A DNA stretch of 64,000 bases from a bacterium (GCA_965261595.1 CBDHDG010000006.1:960001-1024000); one strand, 5' to 3'; shown: positions 49,890-61,156, counted from the stretch's first letter. Made by a program: numbers and translations. The notes: generated by a model from the letters alone, not told the origin.

Positions 49890-51332
49890 GAGCCTGTCCC
49901 ATTCATAGTTGCAGGTTGAGAAAAAGAGGTGGCGGTTCACTCCTGCCGACTCGGTTAGAATCGGGTTGGCAAACATTCAAAGAGGAGGAACCGCCATGAG
50001 TGAAGCTTACCAGATCATCGAGAAGAAAGAGACCCAAAGGTTGGCCGCCTTTGTGGCGGAGCACGGGCAGGCGTTTTTTCCTCTGGTGTCGCTGGTGGAG
50101 CAGTCCCAACTGGCGGTGGAGGACCTGATGGACGTCATGGGCCGGGCGGGCCTGGAGGCCGTGCTTTTGCTGTCGGCCAAGGGCTTGACGGGCGCGCCGC
50201 ATCCAGGCAAGCGGGGTGGCGAGGTCCGCCGGCACGGCAGCCAGGGGGGCCGGGTGACCCTGAAGGGGCGCAAGCTGAAGGTGAGAAAGCCGCGGCTTCG
50301 CCGCCGGGGCCAGGGTCGGGGCGGGGAGGTGGAGGTGCCGGCGTATGCGGCCATGCAGGCCGACCCCGGGCTGGGGGAGCGGATGCTGGATTTGCTGATG
50401 CGAGGGGTCTCGACGCGGAACTACGCGGCCGTTCTTCCCGAGCTGGCCGAGACGGTGGGGGTGTCGAAGTCGGCCGTGAGCCGGGAGAGCATCGAGGCGG
50501 CCGAGGCGGAGCTGCGGCGTCTTTGTGAGCGGCGTTTTGACGACATCGACCTCCTCATCCTCTACCTGGACGGTCTGCGCTTCGGCGCGCATCACGTCAT
50601 CGTGGCCGTTGGGGTGGACACACGGGGCCAAAAGCACGTTCTGGGCCTGAGGTCGGGCGCCACCGAGAACGCCACGGTCGTGACGGCGCTTCTTGAGGAG
50701 TTGGTGGAGCGCGGCGTGCGGCCCGGGCGGCGTCGGCTTTTCGTCATCGACGGCTCGAGGGCGCTTCGTGCGGCGATTGACCGGGTGTACGGGGACGACA
50801 ATCCGGTGCAGCGGTGCCGCAACCACAAGGTGAAGAACGTGATGGACCACCTGCCCGAGGAGTTGAAGGACCCGGTGAAGGCGACGATGAAGGCGGCCTG
50901 GCGGCTGGCGCCGAAGGAGGGGATTGCCCGTCTGCGCAAGCAGGCCCGGTGGCTTCAGATCGAGCATCCGGACGCGGCCGCCAGCCTTTTGGAGGGTCTG
51001 GAGGAGATCTTCACCGTCAACCGCTTGGCTCTTCCGCCCGGCCTTCGGCGCTGCCTGGTGAGCACGAACCTGATCGAGAGTCCCTGTTCGGGGGTGCGGA
51101 TGCGCACCCGGCGCGTCGGCCGCTGGCGGGACGGGGCGATGGTGAAAAGGTGGGCCGCTTCCGCCTTCCTCGCCACCGAGAAGAACTTCCGTCGCCTGGA
51201 CGGCTACCGGGACCTGTGGATCCTGAAGGCCGTTCTGGACGAGCCCCGCTTTGACACCCGAGAGGAGGTCGCATAAGGTGAACCACACACGGACCGCCGC
51301 CTCAAACCTTCAACTGAATTCGGGACACCCTC
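49890..51332 (+). mobile_element. Intact IS256-family element with 8-bp target duplication
   Basis: Inverted repeats GAGCCTGTCCC / GGGACACCCTC; CTGGCGCT duplicated at 49882-49889 and 51333-51340. Confidence 0.94.
49996..51276 (+). CDS. IS256-family transposase
   Basis: AGGAGG RBS; GVSTR, YLDG, VIDG, QRCRNHK, STNLIES. Confidence 0.93.
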   Translation: MSEAYQIIEKKETQRLAAFVAEHGQAFFPLVSLVEQSQLAVEDLMDVMGRAGLEAVLLLSAKGLTGAPHPGKRGGEVRRHGSQGGRVTLKGRKLKVRKPRLRRRGQGRGGEVEVPAYAAMQADPGLGERMLDLLMRGVSTRNYAAVLPELAETVGVSKSAVSRESIEAAEAELRRLCERRFDDIDLLILYLDGLRFGAHHVIVAVGVDTRGQKHVLGLRSGATENATVVTALLEELVERGVRPGRRRLFVIDGSRALRAAIDRVYGDDNPVQRCRNHKVKNVMDHLPEELKDPVKATMKAAWRLAPKEGIARLRKQARWLQIEHPDAAASLLEGLEEIFTVNRLALPPGLRRCLVSTNLIESPCSGVRMRTRRVGRWRDGAMVKRWAASAFLATEKNFRRLDGYRDLWILKAVLDEPRFDTREEVA

Positions 51333-51514
51333 CTGGCGCTGGGCGAGAGCCTGCCCACGATCGGCAAGCTGCTCGGTCACAGTCAAGTATCAACGACAGC
51401 ACGTTATGCGCACTTGATGCGGGATGCGGAGAAGGAAGCCGCGACCCGGGTGGGCGACAGCATCGGCGCCCACATCGGACCGCGGAGCACCGAGGCGGCA
51501 TGAGGCTGGATGAC

Positions 51515-52704
51515 ATGGCGAAGCTGGAATACAAGACGCTCTCGAACCGAACGGTCGAGAAGCTGAAGGTAGAAAAAGACACGGTGTTCTGGGATCACGA
51601 GCTCACCGGCTTCGGGATGCGGGTCTATCCCGCGGGCGGCAAGGTCTATGTCGCCCAGGCCCGGGGACCGGGGGGACCGAAGCGGGTCACGGTGGGCCGG
51701 CACGGGGTGCTCGGCGCGGAGCAGGCACGTCAGCGGGCGGCCCTGATCATCGCCCGAGTCAAGGCCGGCGAGGAGCCGGTGCCCGAGCCCATGGCGGTGA
51801 AGCTGTCCGGTGGGCCGACAGTGGGCCAGCTTGCGAGGCGGTTTCTCGAAGAGCACGTGGCGGTGCGCTACAAGCCGAGCACCATGAAGTCGACTCGCAC
51901 GGTGGTGAATCGTCATATCGTGCCCGCCCTCGGTCAGCTACCGCTGGAGGCGGTCAGCCGCGCACGGGTCATGGAGCTGCATGACGAACTCTACGAGACC
52001 CCTGCGATGGCGAACATGGTGGTCCGCACCCTGTCGCTGATGTACAGGCTGGCCGAGAGCTGGGGGCTCGTTCCGGAGGGATGCAACCCCTGCCGGCTGG
52101 CGGTCAGGTTTCCGGAGCGCAAGCGGGAAAGGTTTCTGACCGATGGAGAGTTCACCCGCCTGGGAAAGGTGCTGGATGAGGTCGAGACCCGGGGCGGCGC
52201 GTCGGCATCCGCGGTGATCGCTCTCCGTCTGCTCATGCTGACCGGGTGTCGGAAGAACGAGATCCTGACCCTGCGGTGGGAGGACGTGGCGCTGGATCAG
52301 AACGAATTGAGACTGCCCGACGCCAAGACGGGCGCACGGGTGGTTCCATTGTCGCCCTCGGCGGTGAGGCTTTTTTCCGGTCTGCCGCGAGAACCGGGCA
52401 ACCCGTGTGTCATTCCCGGCCGGAAGCCGGGCACGCATATGAGCAACGTGGATCAGGCCTGGCAGGTCATCCGGGCGAGGGCTGGCCTGGAGGACGTCCG
52501 GATCCATGACCTGCGTCACAGCTTTGCGTCCAGGGCCCTGGCGCTGGGGGAGAGCTTGCCGATGATCGGAAAGCTGTTAGGCCACAGCCAGGTCGAGACC
52601 ACGGCCCGGTACGCCCATCTGGCGCGGGATTCGGTGCAGGAGGCCGCGGAGCGAATCGCCGACAGCATCGCGGCCGACATCCTGGGCGAAGGCTGGATGC
52701 CGGC
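51515..52704 (+). CDS. Tyrosine integrase (arm-binding type), extreme C-terminus abutting IS3
   Basis: WDHELTGFGMRV, TGCRKNE, K, HDLRH, LLGH, RYAH catalytic set; paralog of the upstream integrase. Confidence 0.9.
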
Positions 52705-53974
52705 TGGAGTTACCCCGGTTTGGTGGAGAGTTAAGCACTTGGGTTTTCAGGGTGTGCGTTGTTGTCTCCTTTCGTAGTTAACGGGTGACAGGTTGTCGAT
52801 GGAGGAGTGCCGACGACGCGGGTTGTAGAAGCCCTCGATGAACCCGAACACCTCCATGCGCGCCTCGGCCCGGGTGCGGAAAGTGTGGCGAGCGAGGAGC
52901 TCGCACTCCAGCGTGGCGAAAAAGCTCTCACACAGCGCGTTGTCGTAGCAGTCCCCGACCGAACCCATGGAGGGACGCACGCCCGCCTTTGGGCAGCGCT
53001 GCCCAAAGGCGACCGAGGTGTACTGCGTGCCCTGGTCGGAGTGGTGGATGACGGCCCGGGGACGGCGCTTATACAGCGCCATGTCGAGCGCGTCGAGCAC
53101 GTCGAGCACCAACTCGGCCCGCAGGTGTGTGGCCATCGACCACCCCACGATGCGCCGGCTGAACGCATCGAGCGCCACGGCCAGATACAAAAACCCCGCC
53201 CATGTCGGAACGTAGGTGATGTCGGCCACCCACAGCCGGTCGGGGGCCTCGGCCGTGAAGTTGCGGTCCACCAGATCAGGGGCCGGCCGCGCCTCCTGCC
53301 GGCGCTGCGTCGTGCGCGCTCCCTTGCGCCGACTGACGCCCGCAAGTCCCGCCCCACGCATCAGCGCCTGGCGACGCGCTTGCGGCCCACACGCACTCCC
53401 TCAGCCTCCAGCTCGGCATGGACGCGCGGCACGCCGCAAGTCCCCCGAGAACGCTCGTGGATCGCCTGAATGCGTTTGGTGAGCGCCCGATCGGCACACG
53501 AGCGGGCACACGGCGCGCGCCTGCACCACGCGTAGTAGCCGCTGGAGGAGACCCCAGCACCCGGCACATGGTGGCGGTCCGATACATGGCCTGGTTCGCC
53601 CTCACGAACCCGTAGATCCGGACGGGATCGAATCGGTCTCCCGAGCAAACCAGGCCGTGGCTTTTGCCAGGATCTCCCGCTCCTGGCGGAGCTGTCGGTT
53701 CTCGCGGCGAAGTCGGCGCAACTCCTCCCGCTCATCGCTCGTGAGCCCGTCTTTGCGACGCCCCTCGTCGACGTCGGCTTGATGGGCCCAGGTGCGGATC
53801 GTCTGCACCGAGGGCTCGAACTCGCGCGCCAGCGCCTCGGGCGTGCGTCCCGCCCAGACCAACTCTACCATCTGGCGGCGGAACTCCATTGGATAGCGTG
53901 GGTGAGTCTGTGGCATCGTGAACACCTCCTTTACCCCCAAATCATCAGGTGTCCACCAAACCGGGTCAACTCCA
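52705..53974 (-). mobile_element. IS3-family insertion sequence (copy 2, orfB frameshifted)
   Basis: Same inverted repeats, orfA and orfB as 14745-16007 in the opposite orientation; frameshifts and a 9-bp duplication (LDVLDALD). Confidence 0.93.
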
Positions 53975-54252
53975 GTCGAGAGAGTGAGGAAGCTCTAGAC
54001 CGACTTGGAACGACGGTTGACGGCGGCCTTGGAGAGGTTGTCCGCGCAGTACGAGACGGAACAGCGGCGGCACTCAGAGCAGGTCGAGGCCTTGCGGCTG
54101 CAAGTCGAGCGACAGGCCGAGCAGAGCGAAGCCTTGCAGAGGCAGGTCGAGCGGCTGGCCGAGTACTACGGAACGCTCGCCGCGAGGTCGCGCGGCCGCT
54201 GGATCTGACGCGCCAGCGTGGACGAGAGCGCGATCATGGTCCGAGCCGCTAG
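53975..54252 (+). pseudogene. Remnant of a relaxase C-terminus with an overlapping MbeD/MobD-like coiled-coil ORF
   Basis: TDLERRLTAALERLSAQY resembles MbeD; the overlapping frame ends RQRGRERDHGPSR, like MOB relaxase tails; cut by IS3. Confidence 0.55.
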
Positions 54253-54310
54253 AGGAGTCCCGGCAGCGGAATCGGCCGGACGCTACGAGCATCGACGGAG
54301 GTCTCGGGCG

Positions 54311-56089
54311 CTATTGGATTGACTCGGTCTTGCCGAAATGCTCGGCGACGTTGCCGCTTATCTCGACATTGAGCCTCTCGTCCAGAGAGTAGTTATCGAA
54401 TAGCCAATTCAGTGCTTCGTAATGACGTGTCATGAATTCGAGCAGGTCAGGACCAAAGCAGACGACCCCCGGCCTCAGCTGAGCGACAGAACACAAGCAG
54501 CACGCGATCACCCCCAGGGTCACTCCCTCCGTGGAAAGGAAGTAGAACCAATAGGGAAATGCGTCGTCCAGCTTGGAGCAGAAGCGCCGTACCTCCGGGA
54601 TGTCGCGTAGTTCTCGCGAGTCGCTGGAGTAACCGAAAAAGGCTAAGTCTACCCGCCCCCGATACCGTTCGACGGCGTCCCTGTCAGCGAGCACACGCGA
54701 CAGGGTTGCCGCCGTACCGGACACGTCGAGGGCTTCCACTTCCGAGCGGTCTACGACCACACGAAGCCAGTCGGCACCCAAGTCTTCCCGGAACCCCATT
54801 CCAGCAGCCTCGTCGGTTACCCAATCGCCCGATATGGGAGCGGTAATGATGGGGCTCCCCTCCGTGACAGCTTGAACCCGTTCGTGCGTAGTCGAGTCTG
54901 GCGCGTTCCCTGTTCCAGTTGGATCGTACACCACCGTCTTCCCCGTACGAAGGCCAAATCGGCTACGTGGGAACACGCCATGCGCGCAGGCGGCCGAGAA
55001 GATCTCCTTCAGCGTCCCTACGAAGCTCTCCTCGGTGGTCCGGAAGAAGGTTAGCTGTTGAAACTCTGTATGATCCAGAAGTAGGCAAGGAATGCCCGTG
55101 TCGTTGAATACGGTAAAGACAGGTGAGCTGCAGGTTGGTCGCTCCGGGTCGAACATCTCCTTGACGATGACGAGTCCGAAGACGTCGCGGCCGGACGTGG
55201 ACACTTCGCGGCTCTTCTTCTCGGTAGAGATCTCAATGGGATCCCCAGATCGGAGGTGATTGATTGATCCCTTCAACTGGCGGGTTGCCCTCCTTACATG
55301 GTGGGCAACGGTGGCCTTCTTGCGATCGATCTTCCGGTTCAGTGCTGACTCGTCGCTTGGGCTATCCTTGGCCTGAACCAGGAGGAGGGTCTTGTCCGTT
55401 ACCACCAGAACGTCTACGAATTCTCGTCCGTTGTCGGCGCGAATCGGGTTCGCGAAGACATTGTCACTCCCGAACGACCGATGCAGGGCGTTGGCTATGT
55501 CAGGATCGTTGAGATCGCCTGGGTTTTCGACGTTTTCTTCCAGGCTGTCGGGAAACAGCCGCTCCCGCAGGTGGATAGTGAACGCAGCGGCGTCGTCCGA
55601 CGGCGAGCGAGCGCCGAACCGGGATTGCATCACGTCGAGGACCTGGCGCGCTCGGTCAAGGGTTGGCGACGCGAAATGAATCGTATTCGAGAGTACGCGG
55701 AAGCGATGAGCATCCGGGTTCTCAGCTCGGAAGCCGAGCAGTTCCCGATTGTGCTCGTCGAAGAAATGGACATAGAAGGCGTCCGACGAGAGCAGCAAAA
55801 CGAAATCTCGGGTGATCTCCTCGTGGAAGAGTGGTGTCTGGATGACGAGCGGTTCATCGTTGTCGTCGAAGAAGGCTGTCACCAGACCATACGTAACCAC
55901 GCTGCCGGCATGGACAGGAACCAAATAGAAGCGGAATCCTTTGCGCAGTTTGGCCGTTTGAGCCGCCTCTCTCGAGGTCTTCACAACGAGGATCATTCGC
56001 GAGTCCCCAGGGCGGCGAATGGGCCATAGGCCGACTGGAATGTCCACGAGCGTGTCCAGAACCTCCGGGTTTGTTACGGTAAGCTTCAT
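54311..56089 (-). CDS. Hypothetical protein with a PD-(D/E)XK-like domain and a C-terminal DUF1817/CRR6-like domain
   Basis: REFVDVLVV...LLVQAK; C-terminal D.REL..IPEVR.F..KLD..FPYWFYFL. Confidence 0.65.
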   Translation of the reverse strand: MKLTVTNPEVLDTLVDIPVGLWPIRRPGDSRMILVVKTSREAAQTAKLRKGFRFYLVPVHAGSVVTYGLVTAFFDDNDEPLVIQTPLFHEEITRDFVLLLSSDAFYVHFFDEHNRELLGFRAENPDAHRFRVLSNTIHFASPTLDRARQVLDVMQSRFGARSPSDDAAAFTIHLRERLFPDSLEENVENPGDLNDPDIANALHRSFGSDNVFANPIRADNGREFVDVLVVTDKTLLLVQAKDSPSDESALNRKIDRKKATVAHHVRRATRQLKGSINHLRSGDPIEISTEKKSREVSTSGRDVFGLVIVKEMFDPERPTCSSPVFTVFNDTGIPCLLLDHTEFQQLTFFRTTEESFVGTLKEIFSAACAHGVFPRSRFGLRTGKTVVYDPTGTGNAPDSTTHERVQAVTEGSPIITAPISGDWVTDEAAGMGFREDLGADWLRVVVDRSEVEALDVSGTAATLSRVLADRDAVERYRGRVDLAFFGYSSDSRELRDIPEVRRFCSKLDDAFPYWFYFLSTEGVTLGVIACCLCSVAQLRPGVVCFGPDLLEFMTRHYEALNWLFDNYSLDERLNVEISGNVAEHFGKTESIQ

Positions 56090-56290
56090 TGGGGACGCCT
56101 CAAAGGGTGGCCTAGCGTGTCGGAGAAGGAACGTTGGAGTGAAGCCTCGTAGCAAGCTTCGCGGAGCCTCTACCTACGATCAAGGCAAGGCCTCCAGGGT
56201 CGCGCTAAAGGTGAGCCCCGGCGCGGGGCAGGCGGCTCTATCCCAGCGGGCCAACATGAGATGCCTTGGCGGTGTTACTGCGGTGTCTCC

Positions 56291-56797
56291 CTACTCGATC
56301 TCTCCAACCCTGCACCGGTCCAGATAACACGCCCAGTCGTCCATGAGCCGACGCCGCCACTCGAACAGGTCCGTACGTCGGTACGCCGCCTCGACTTGGT
56401 TGTGAACCACATGCGCTAGCGCCGCCTCCGCTACCTCGCGGGGATGGTCGGTCTCCTCGGCGGCCCAGTCCCGGAACGATGACCGGAAGCCGTGCGGCAC
56501 CGCCTTGATCCCGAGCCTCTTGAGCAGTCTGGACATCGCGGTGTTGGAGAGCGGTTTTCCGCGCATCGGGAACACGAGCGGACTGCTTCGACCCAACGCC
56601 AGCGCCTCCTCCAGAACCTCCAACGCGCGACGAGTAAGGGGGGCCCGGTGCTCGCGGTTCGGCTTCGTGCGCGGGGCCGGAATGGTCCACACCCCATGGT
56701 CCAGGTCGATCTCCGTCCACGCGGCCCCGCGGCCCTCGCCGCCGCGCGTCGCTGTCAACACTAAGAACTCGAAGGCCAGCACAGCTATCGCCGCGCC
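56291..56797 (-). pseudogene. C-terminal fragment of a P4-like tyrosine integrase
   Basis: LTATR.GE, WTIP, HGFRSSFRDWAAE, EAALAH, AY.R.DLFE.RR.LM..W. Confidence 0.85.
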
Positions 56798-57406
56798 ATG
56801 AGCGAAGAGGAGGGGTGGGCACACTACGGCTCCACCACGGCGAGGGGAACGATCCACCTGGCTGCGGCTGGGCCTTCCGGTCCATGGTTCCTCGCGCTGG
56901 ACCACGCCGGCGTCGTCGAGGATCTGACGCAGCCGCGCGCCGAGATGCCGGGCCCCGGTCTTGCGCGCTACGCCTTCGCCACGCTCACCGATCTCTACGC
57001 CGTGCTGCCCAAGGTTTATACTCTCGGGCGCACGCTTCCCGAAGGCCCGCTCGAAGATTTCCGCGACAAGACCTGCGGCCTGCCGAAGACGACGGAGGCC
57101 GAGCGCCTTGTCGTCCAACGCATCGGCCAGGACATCTTTCGTGACCGCCTGCTGACCTACTGGCAGGGCCACTGCCCTTTGACCGGAATCACGGACAGGA
57201 CCCTGCTGCGCGCCTCGCACATCATTGCGTGGGAGGACTGCCCCGACGACGCTGAACGGCTGAACATTCACAACGGCCTGCTTCTGTCAGCGCTTTGGGA
57301 CGCGGCCTTTGACAAGGGTTTGGTGACCTTCGACGACGATGGACGGCCAGAGTTCTCGCCTCTCCTGAGCGAACCGGCACGTTCCGCGCTGCGCTGGTCA
57401 AGTTAA
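56798..57406 (+). CDS. HNH endonuclease (probably truncated)
   Basis: RIGQ..FR..L, CPLTG, ASHI..W, NGLLL, D..FD.GL..F. Confidence 0.8.
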   Translation: MSEEEGWAHYGSTTARGTIHLAAAGPSGPWFLALDHAGVVEDLTQPRAEMPGPGLARYAFATLTDLYAVLPKVYTLGRTLPEGPLEDFRDKTCGLPKTTEAERLVVQRIGQDIFRDRLLTYWQGHCPLTGITDRTLLRASHIIAWEDCPDDAERLNIHNGLLLSALWDAAFDKGLVTFDDDGRPEFSPLLSEPARSALRWSS

Positions 57407-58632
57407 GAATATAATTCCCGGCGTTTTCCTCGGCCCGGAACATGAAGGCATGGCCGGAACATCTCCAGGAAAACCCTCACATGCAATGGCCCGGATTAGG
57501 GGGAAGCTTACGCATTCGTTCCAGAACTTCGAGCACTGGCTTTTACTCCTCGATCGATGCCTACCGTGAGCGGCATGGAATGCCGCCTTTCCGGCCTTCC
57601 TGACGCCGTCCAAAACGCTGGGTCGGACCCCAGGCTCACTGTGCCACTCCTCCGAACCGATGTCCACAGACTCGACTCCTGCGCCACCAAGAGGCCGAGC
57701 TTGGCCGTGAGCGGGGCGGCGGACGGGTGTCCCAGGGGAGGATATCGCCGCCTCTCTCAACCACCGCCCATAAGGAGACGGCGCCATGCCAACGGTCCAG
57801 ACCCATCCCGGCAACGCAAGCACCTTTCTCACCCACCTGTTCGGCCAAGGTCTCGATGACGACCGCTACGTGGTCGAGCGCTTCCGGTCCATGGCCGACG
57901 GCGACATCCGGCCCCTGCGCGCCGGGGGTACAAGGACCAAGAACCAGTCCAAGGCGCCGGGGACGGTCGTGTCCCGGCAGGCGGTCCGGAAGATGCGGCC
58001 CGCGCGGGATGAGATCATCGTTGCAACCGGAATCAATCTCCGGAACTCCGGGGTCCAGTACTGGGGCTGTAATGTTATCTGGCGGAATATGCTGCAGCGA
58101 TGACGGATCCTTCTGACTGCTATGGAAGGAGTCCGGATCGCCGCAACATAACCTTTTGCAATCATAGGGATTTCAGGAAGGCCATCAGCCCCTTGTTTTC
58201 CTTCCATGGCCGGATCGGGCCCCGTCCCGACCGCAATCGGATCCCGGCAATCTTTGCAACGCAAGCGGTCTGGTACTGCATTCCGTGCGATGGTGAAGAT
58301 ATCGCCACCCCCGAGCGAGCGGTGCCGCCTGGTATGCCTTGATGGTGTCCGGTTGTGTGAACAGTTCTTTGGACATAGTCGCGTCTCCCTGTTGGTGGAG
58401 GCACGATTACGTGCATAGGTGCCGAAAAATTATGTTGCATGAATTCTACTCAACCTCCTGCTGGACAGAAGGAATCGTCATCGATGCAACATATGGGCTG
58501 GATGGCAACGGGATTGTTCTGCGACCGCAAGCAGAAGCACTGATTGACGTTCTCTATCAGGACGTCCTGCCGGCCCGGCGCCGGCCGGGCGTCCGTCGTC
58601 CCGATTCCAGCCCCGATGGGAGGCGTCCACAG

Positions 58633-59442
58633 GTGTCCTACAAGAACCCCGACAAGGCCCGCGAGCATGACCGGGAACGCTACCGCCGGCTCACCAAAGA
58701 GCGCCTCGCCCAAGGCCTGTGCCCCAAATGCGGAAGAGAGCCCCTTCCTCCCGACTGTAGTTTGTGCCGCTCCTGCGGCGAGAAGCGGCGCAAGGCCGAG
58801 CGCGCCCGGTACGCCAAGGGCAAGGCCGCCGGCAGGCTCTACGGAGGCCGGGATCCCAAGGACTGCCGCAGGCTCGGGCGGGAGAGAAGCAGGAAGCGCC
58901 TCCGGGCATGCCGGGCCGCCGGCCTGTGCACGCGATGCGGGAACCGTCCTCCCGTCCCGGGCGGGGCGACCTGCCGGGCTTGCCGTGACGCCCGGCAAGC
59001 GGCCGAACAAGAGCAGTATGCCGCCCGCAGGGCCGAGGGACGGTGCGGCAGGTGCGGAAGACATATCCTTGACCACGCCTCGCGCTGCGGTCCCTGCGCG
59101 GCTCTCGAGGCCGGGCGCCATCCACGGAAGAACGCGGCCAGCCGAAGGCGCTACGCCCATAGGCGTGCGAGGTGGCGTTGCACGGACTGTGGCGAACCCT
59201 CTCAGGGAGCGGCGCGGTGCGTGCCGTGCGCGCACCGGTCCTGGGTGCGGTCGGGCTGGCATCGGGGCCTTCCGATCCTTCCGCCTCGCTACACCGTGAT
59301 CGAGGTCGCCACGGGCGAGGACCACGGGATCTGGGACAGCTGGGAGGAGGTGGCCATGTGTCTGGCCTTCGCGCGGCTGTCCCACCAACAGGTGGAGATT
59401 ATTTCGGATACGTCACCGATGGCGTCTTTTACGGGGCAGTGA
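58633..59442 (+). CDS. Basic Cys-rich protein with four CxxC-x7/8-CxxC repeats
   Basis: GTG after GGGAGG; GLCPKCG/LCRSC, GLCTRCG/TCRAC, GRCGRCG/RCGPC, WRCTDCG/RCVPC separated by Arg-rich segments. Confidence 0.7.
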   Translation: MSYKNPDKAREHDRERYRRLTKERLAQGLCPKCGREPLPPDCSLCRSCGEKRRKAERARYAKGKAAGRLYGGRDPKDCRRLGRERSRKRLRACRAAGLCTRCGNRPPVPGGATCRACRDARQAAEQEQYAARRAEGRCGRCGRHILDHASRCGPCAALEAGRHPRKNAASRRRYAHRRARWRCTDCGEPSQGAARCVPCAHRSWVRSGWHRGLPILPPRYTVIEVATGEDHGIWDSWEEVAMCLAFARLSHQQVEIISDTSPMASFTGQ

Positions 59443-59780
59443 CCTCTATGCGCCGGCTCGCCGGGGGTACGTACTGCCGACCTGCCGCCCGCCAGCGGGG
59501 GGACCATCACCCGCGCCCCCCGGCGCACCGTCGACCCCTCAAGGGAGGCCCGCACATGACCGCGCACACCCTGCCGAAGAACCCCTACTACGCCTTCTCC
59601 CCGGCCTACGACCTCGACAACGATCTATAGCAGATCAGAATCGTTATCCACGACATGAGCGGCTACATTCCCACCACCCTGGCCGCACGGTCCATGCGCG
59701 CCGAGAACGGCGCACCGGATAGCAAGACCGTGCAGTGAGCCGACTGCATTGCTGCGCAGCCGGCCTGACGTCATCCGGCC

Positions 59781-60047
59781 TCAACCCCGCCGCGCGAGCC
59801 ACCACCACGCGATCCACACCGGAAGGCTCAAGACCATCGCGTAGTCGGCGATGACGATTGAGCCAAGCAGTCCCGCCATCAGCGACGCCGTCGACATCAG
59901 CAGCATCGACAGCCACATTCGGGGCTCCACCTCCGGCTCCGCCTCCGGCGCGAAGTGCACCGCCGCCGTCGTGACCACTCCGGCGGGCAGCCACAGGAGC
60001 GCCAGCAGCCAGAAGCCGCGCCGCTTGATGAGGCCCTGGTCGTCCAT
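59781..60047 (-). CDS. Small hypothetical membrane protein
   Basis: Two or three hydrophobic segments; may be a fragment. Confidence 0.4.
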   Translation of the reverse strand: MDDQGLIKRRGFWLLALLWLPAGVVTTAAVHFAPEAEPEVEPRMWLSMLLMSTASLMAGLLGSIVIADYAMVLSLPVWIAWWWLARRG

Positions 60048-60309
60048 GCGCCTTATCCGACTCGAAACTCGCACCGCACGCAAGCCCGAGCGGGTCCGTG
60101 TTCGACGACAGCCGGGCGAGGGCGAAGACCGCGCAAGGTCGGCGAGCGGCTGCCGGCGTCCGTCGCGCCCTCTGAGCTCGCCCCGGGTCCCGTCACCGTC
60201 CTTCGAGTCAGAGGGAAGCAAGGGCCGGGCAAACGCCCGGCAGGGAAGAGGGAGACGGTCTCCCGGTCCCGATGCCGGGAACTGCAATCCCGGAACAGGA
60301 GACAAGCCC

Positions 60310-60450
60310 ATGATCGACCAGGACCTCGACCTCGAACTCCCCACAGGTGACGAACTGCTCGCCGAGATCGGCCTCGACTCTTACACCATCCGCAGGATCC
60401 TCACCGAAGCGGTCCATGCCGACACCGGCGAAGGAGAGGAGCTTTCATAG
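60310..60450 (+). CDS. Small acidic hypothetical protein (46 aa)
   Basis: AGGAGA RBS; MIDQDLDLELPTGDELLAEIGLD...; upstream of ssb. Confidence 0.45.
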   Translation: MIDQDLDLELPTGDELLAEIGLDSYTIRRILTEAVHADTGEGEELS

Positions 60451-60536
60451 GGTGAACCGAAGGGGCCGGGGAGAGAGGCTCTCCCCCCTTCCATCACCCG
60501 TTGTCTTCCACACCCTCACGCAGAAGGAGAACCGTC

Positions 60537-60962
60537 ATGGCATTCGGACTCAATCGCGCTGAAGTGATCGGCCGCCTCGGGGCCGACGTCACCGTCAACC
60601 ACCTCACCAGCGGCGGACGCGTCGCGAACCTGTCGATCGCCACCGACGAGGGCTACATCGACAAGCAGACCGGAGACCGGGTCGACAAGACCGAGTGGCA
60701 CCGGGTCGTGACCTTCCAGCCCGGGCTGGTGGACATGTTCGAGAAGCACGCGACGAAGGGCCGGCTGGTCTATGTGGCGGGCAAGCTGCAGACCCGTCGC
60801 TGGAAGAAGGACGAGGAGGACTCCGACCGGTTCTCCACCGAGATCCTGCTGGTTCCGGGCGGGCGCGTGCAGTTCCTCGACAAGCCCAACGGCAACGGCG
60901 CGCCGGTCGCGGAGGCGGAGACGCCGTCCGCCGAAGCGCCCATCGACGACATCCCGTTCTGA
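60537..60962 (+). CDS. ssb: Single-stranded DNA-binding protein (mobile-element type)
   Basis: LN...IGRLG.D, TEWHRV, G.LQTR.W, C-terminal DDIPF. Confidence 0.93.
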   Translation: MAFGLNRAEVIGRLGADVTVNHLTSGGRVANLSIATDEGYIDKQTGDRVDKTEWHRVVTFQPGLVDMFEKHATKGRLVYVAGKLQTRRWKKDEEDSDRFSTEILLVPGGRVQFLDKPNGNGAPVAEAETPSAEAPIDDIPF

Positions 60963-60990
60963 GCGCGCATTCCGTTTCCTCTCTCTACCT

Positions 60991-61023
60991 GGGCCGGCGC
61001 TTCGCGCGTCGGCCCTTTTTCTT
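60991..61023 (+). terminator. Intrinsic terminator after ssb
   Basis: GC-rich hairpin GGGCCGGCGC-TTC-GCGCGTCGGCCC followed by TTTTTCTT. Confidence 0.7.
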
Positions 61024-61156
61024 GCTGCCCGTTCCGAGACAGCGCCCGTTCGGGCCTCGCGCCAGCGCTACGCGCGGCGCTTCGTCCTCCGGCGCCGGCC
61101 GGAGGCGGAGGCCGGCCGGTATCGGGCGTTCCCCGTTCATCCAGAGGAGGCCCGTC

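Larger units (their letters stand above)
48879..51503 (+). pseudogene. Tyrosine integrase (arm-binding type), frameshifted near 49213 and split by IS256
   Basis: WDRDLAGFGVRV arm domain, LTGCRKSE, IHDIRHSYAS; after the IS it resumes GESLPTIGKLLGH....TARYAH. Confidence 0.88.

Noticed and set aside
14745..53974. Composite transposon or inversion between the two inverted IS3 copies
   Set aside because: No matching target duplications in direct or swapped flank combinations, and the intervening DNA is mostly housekeeping genes.
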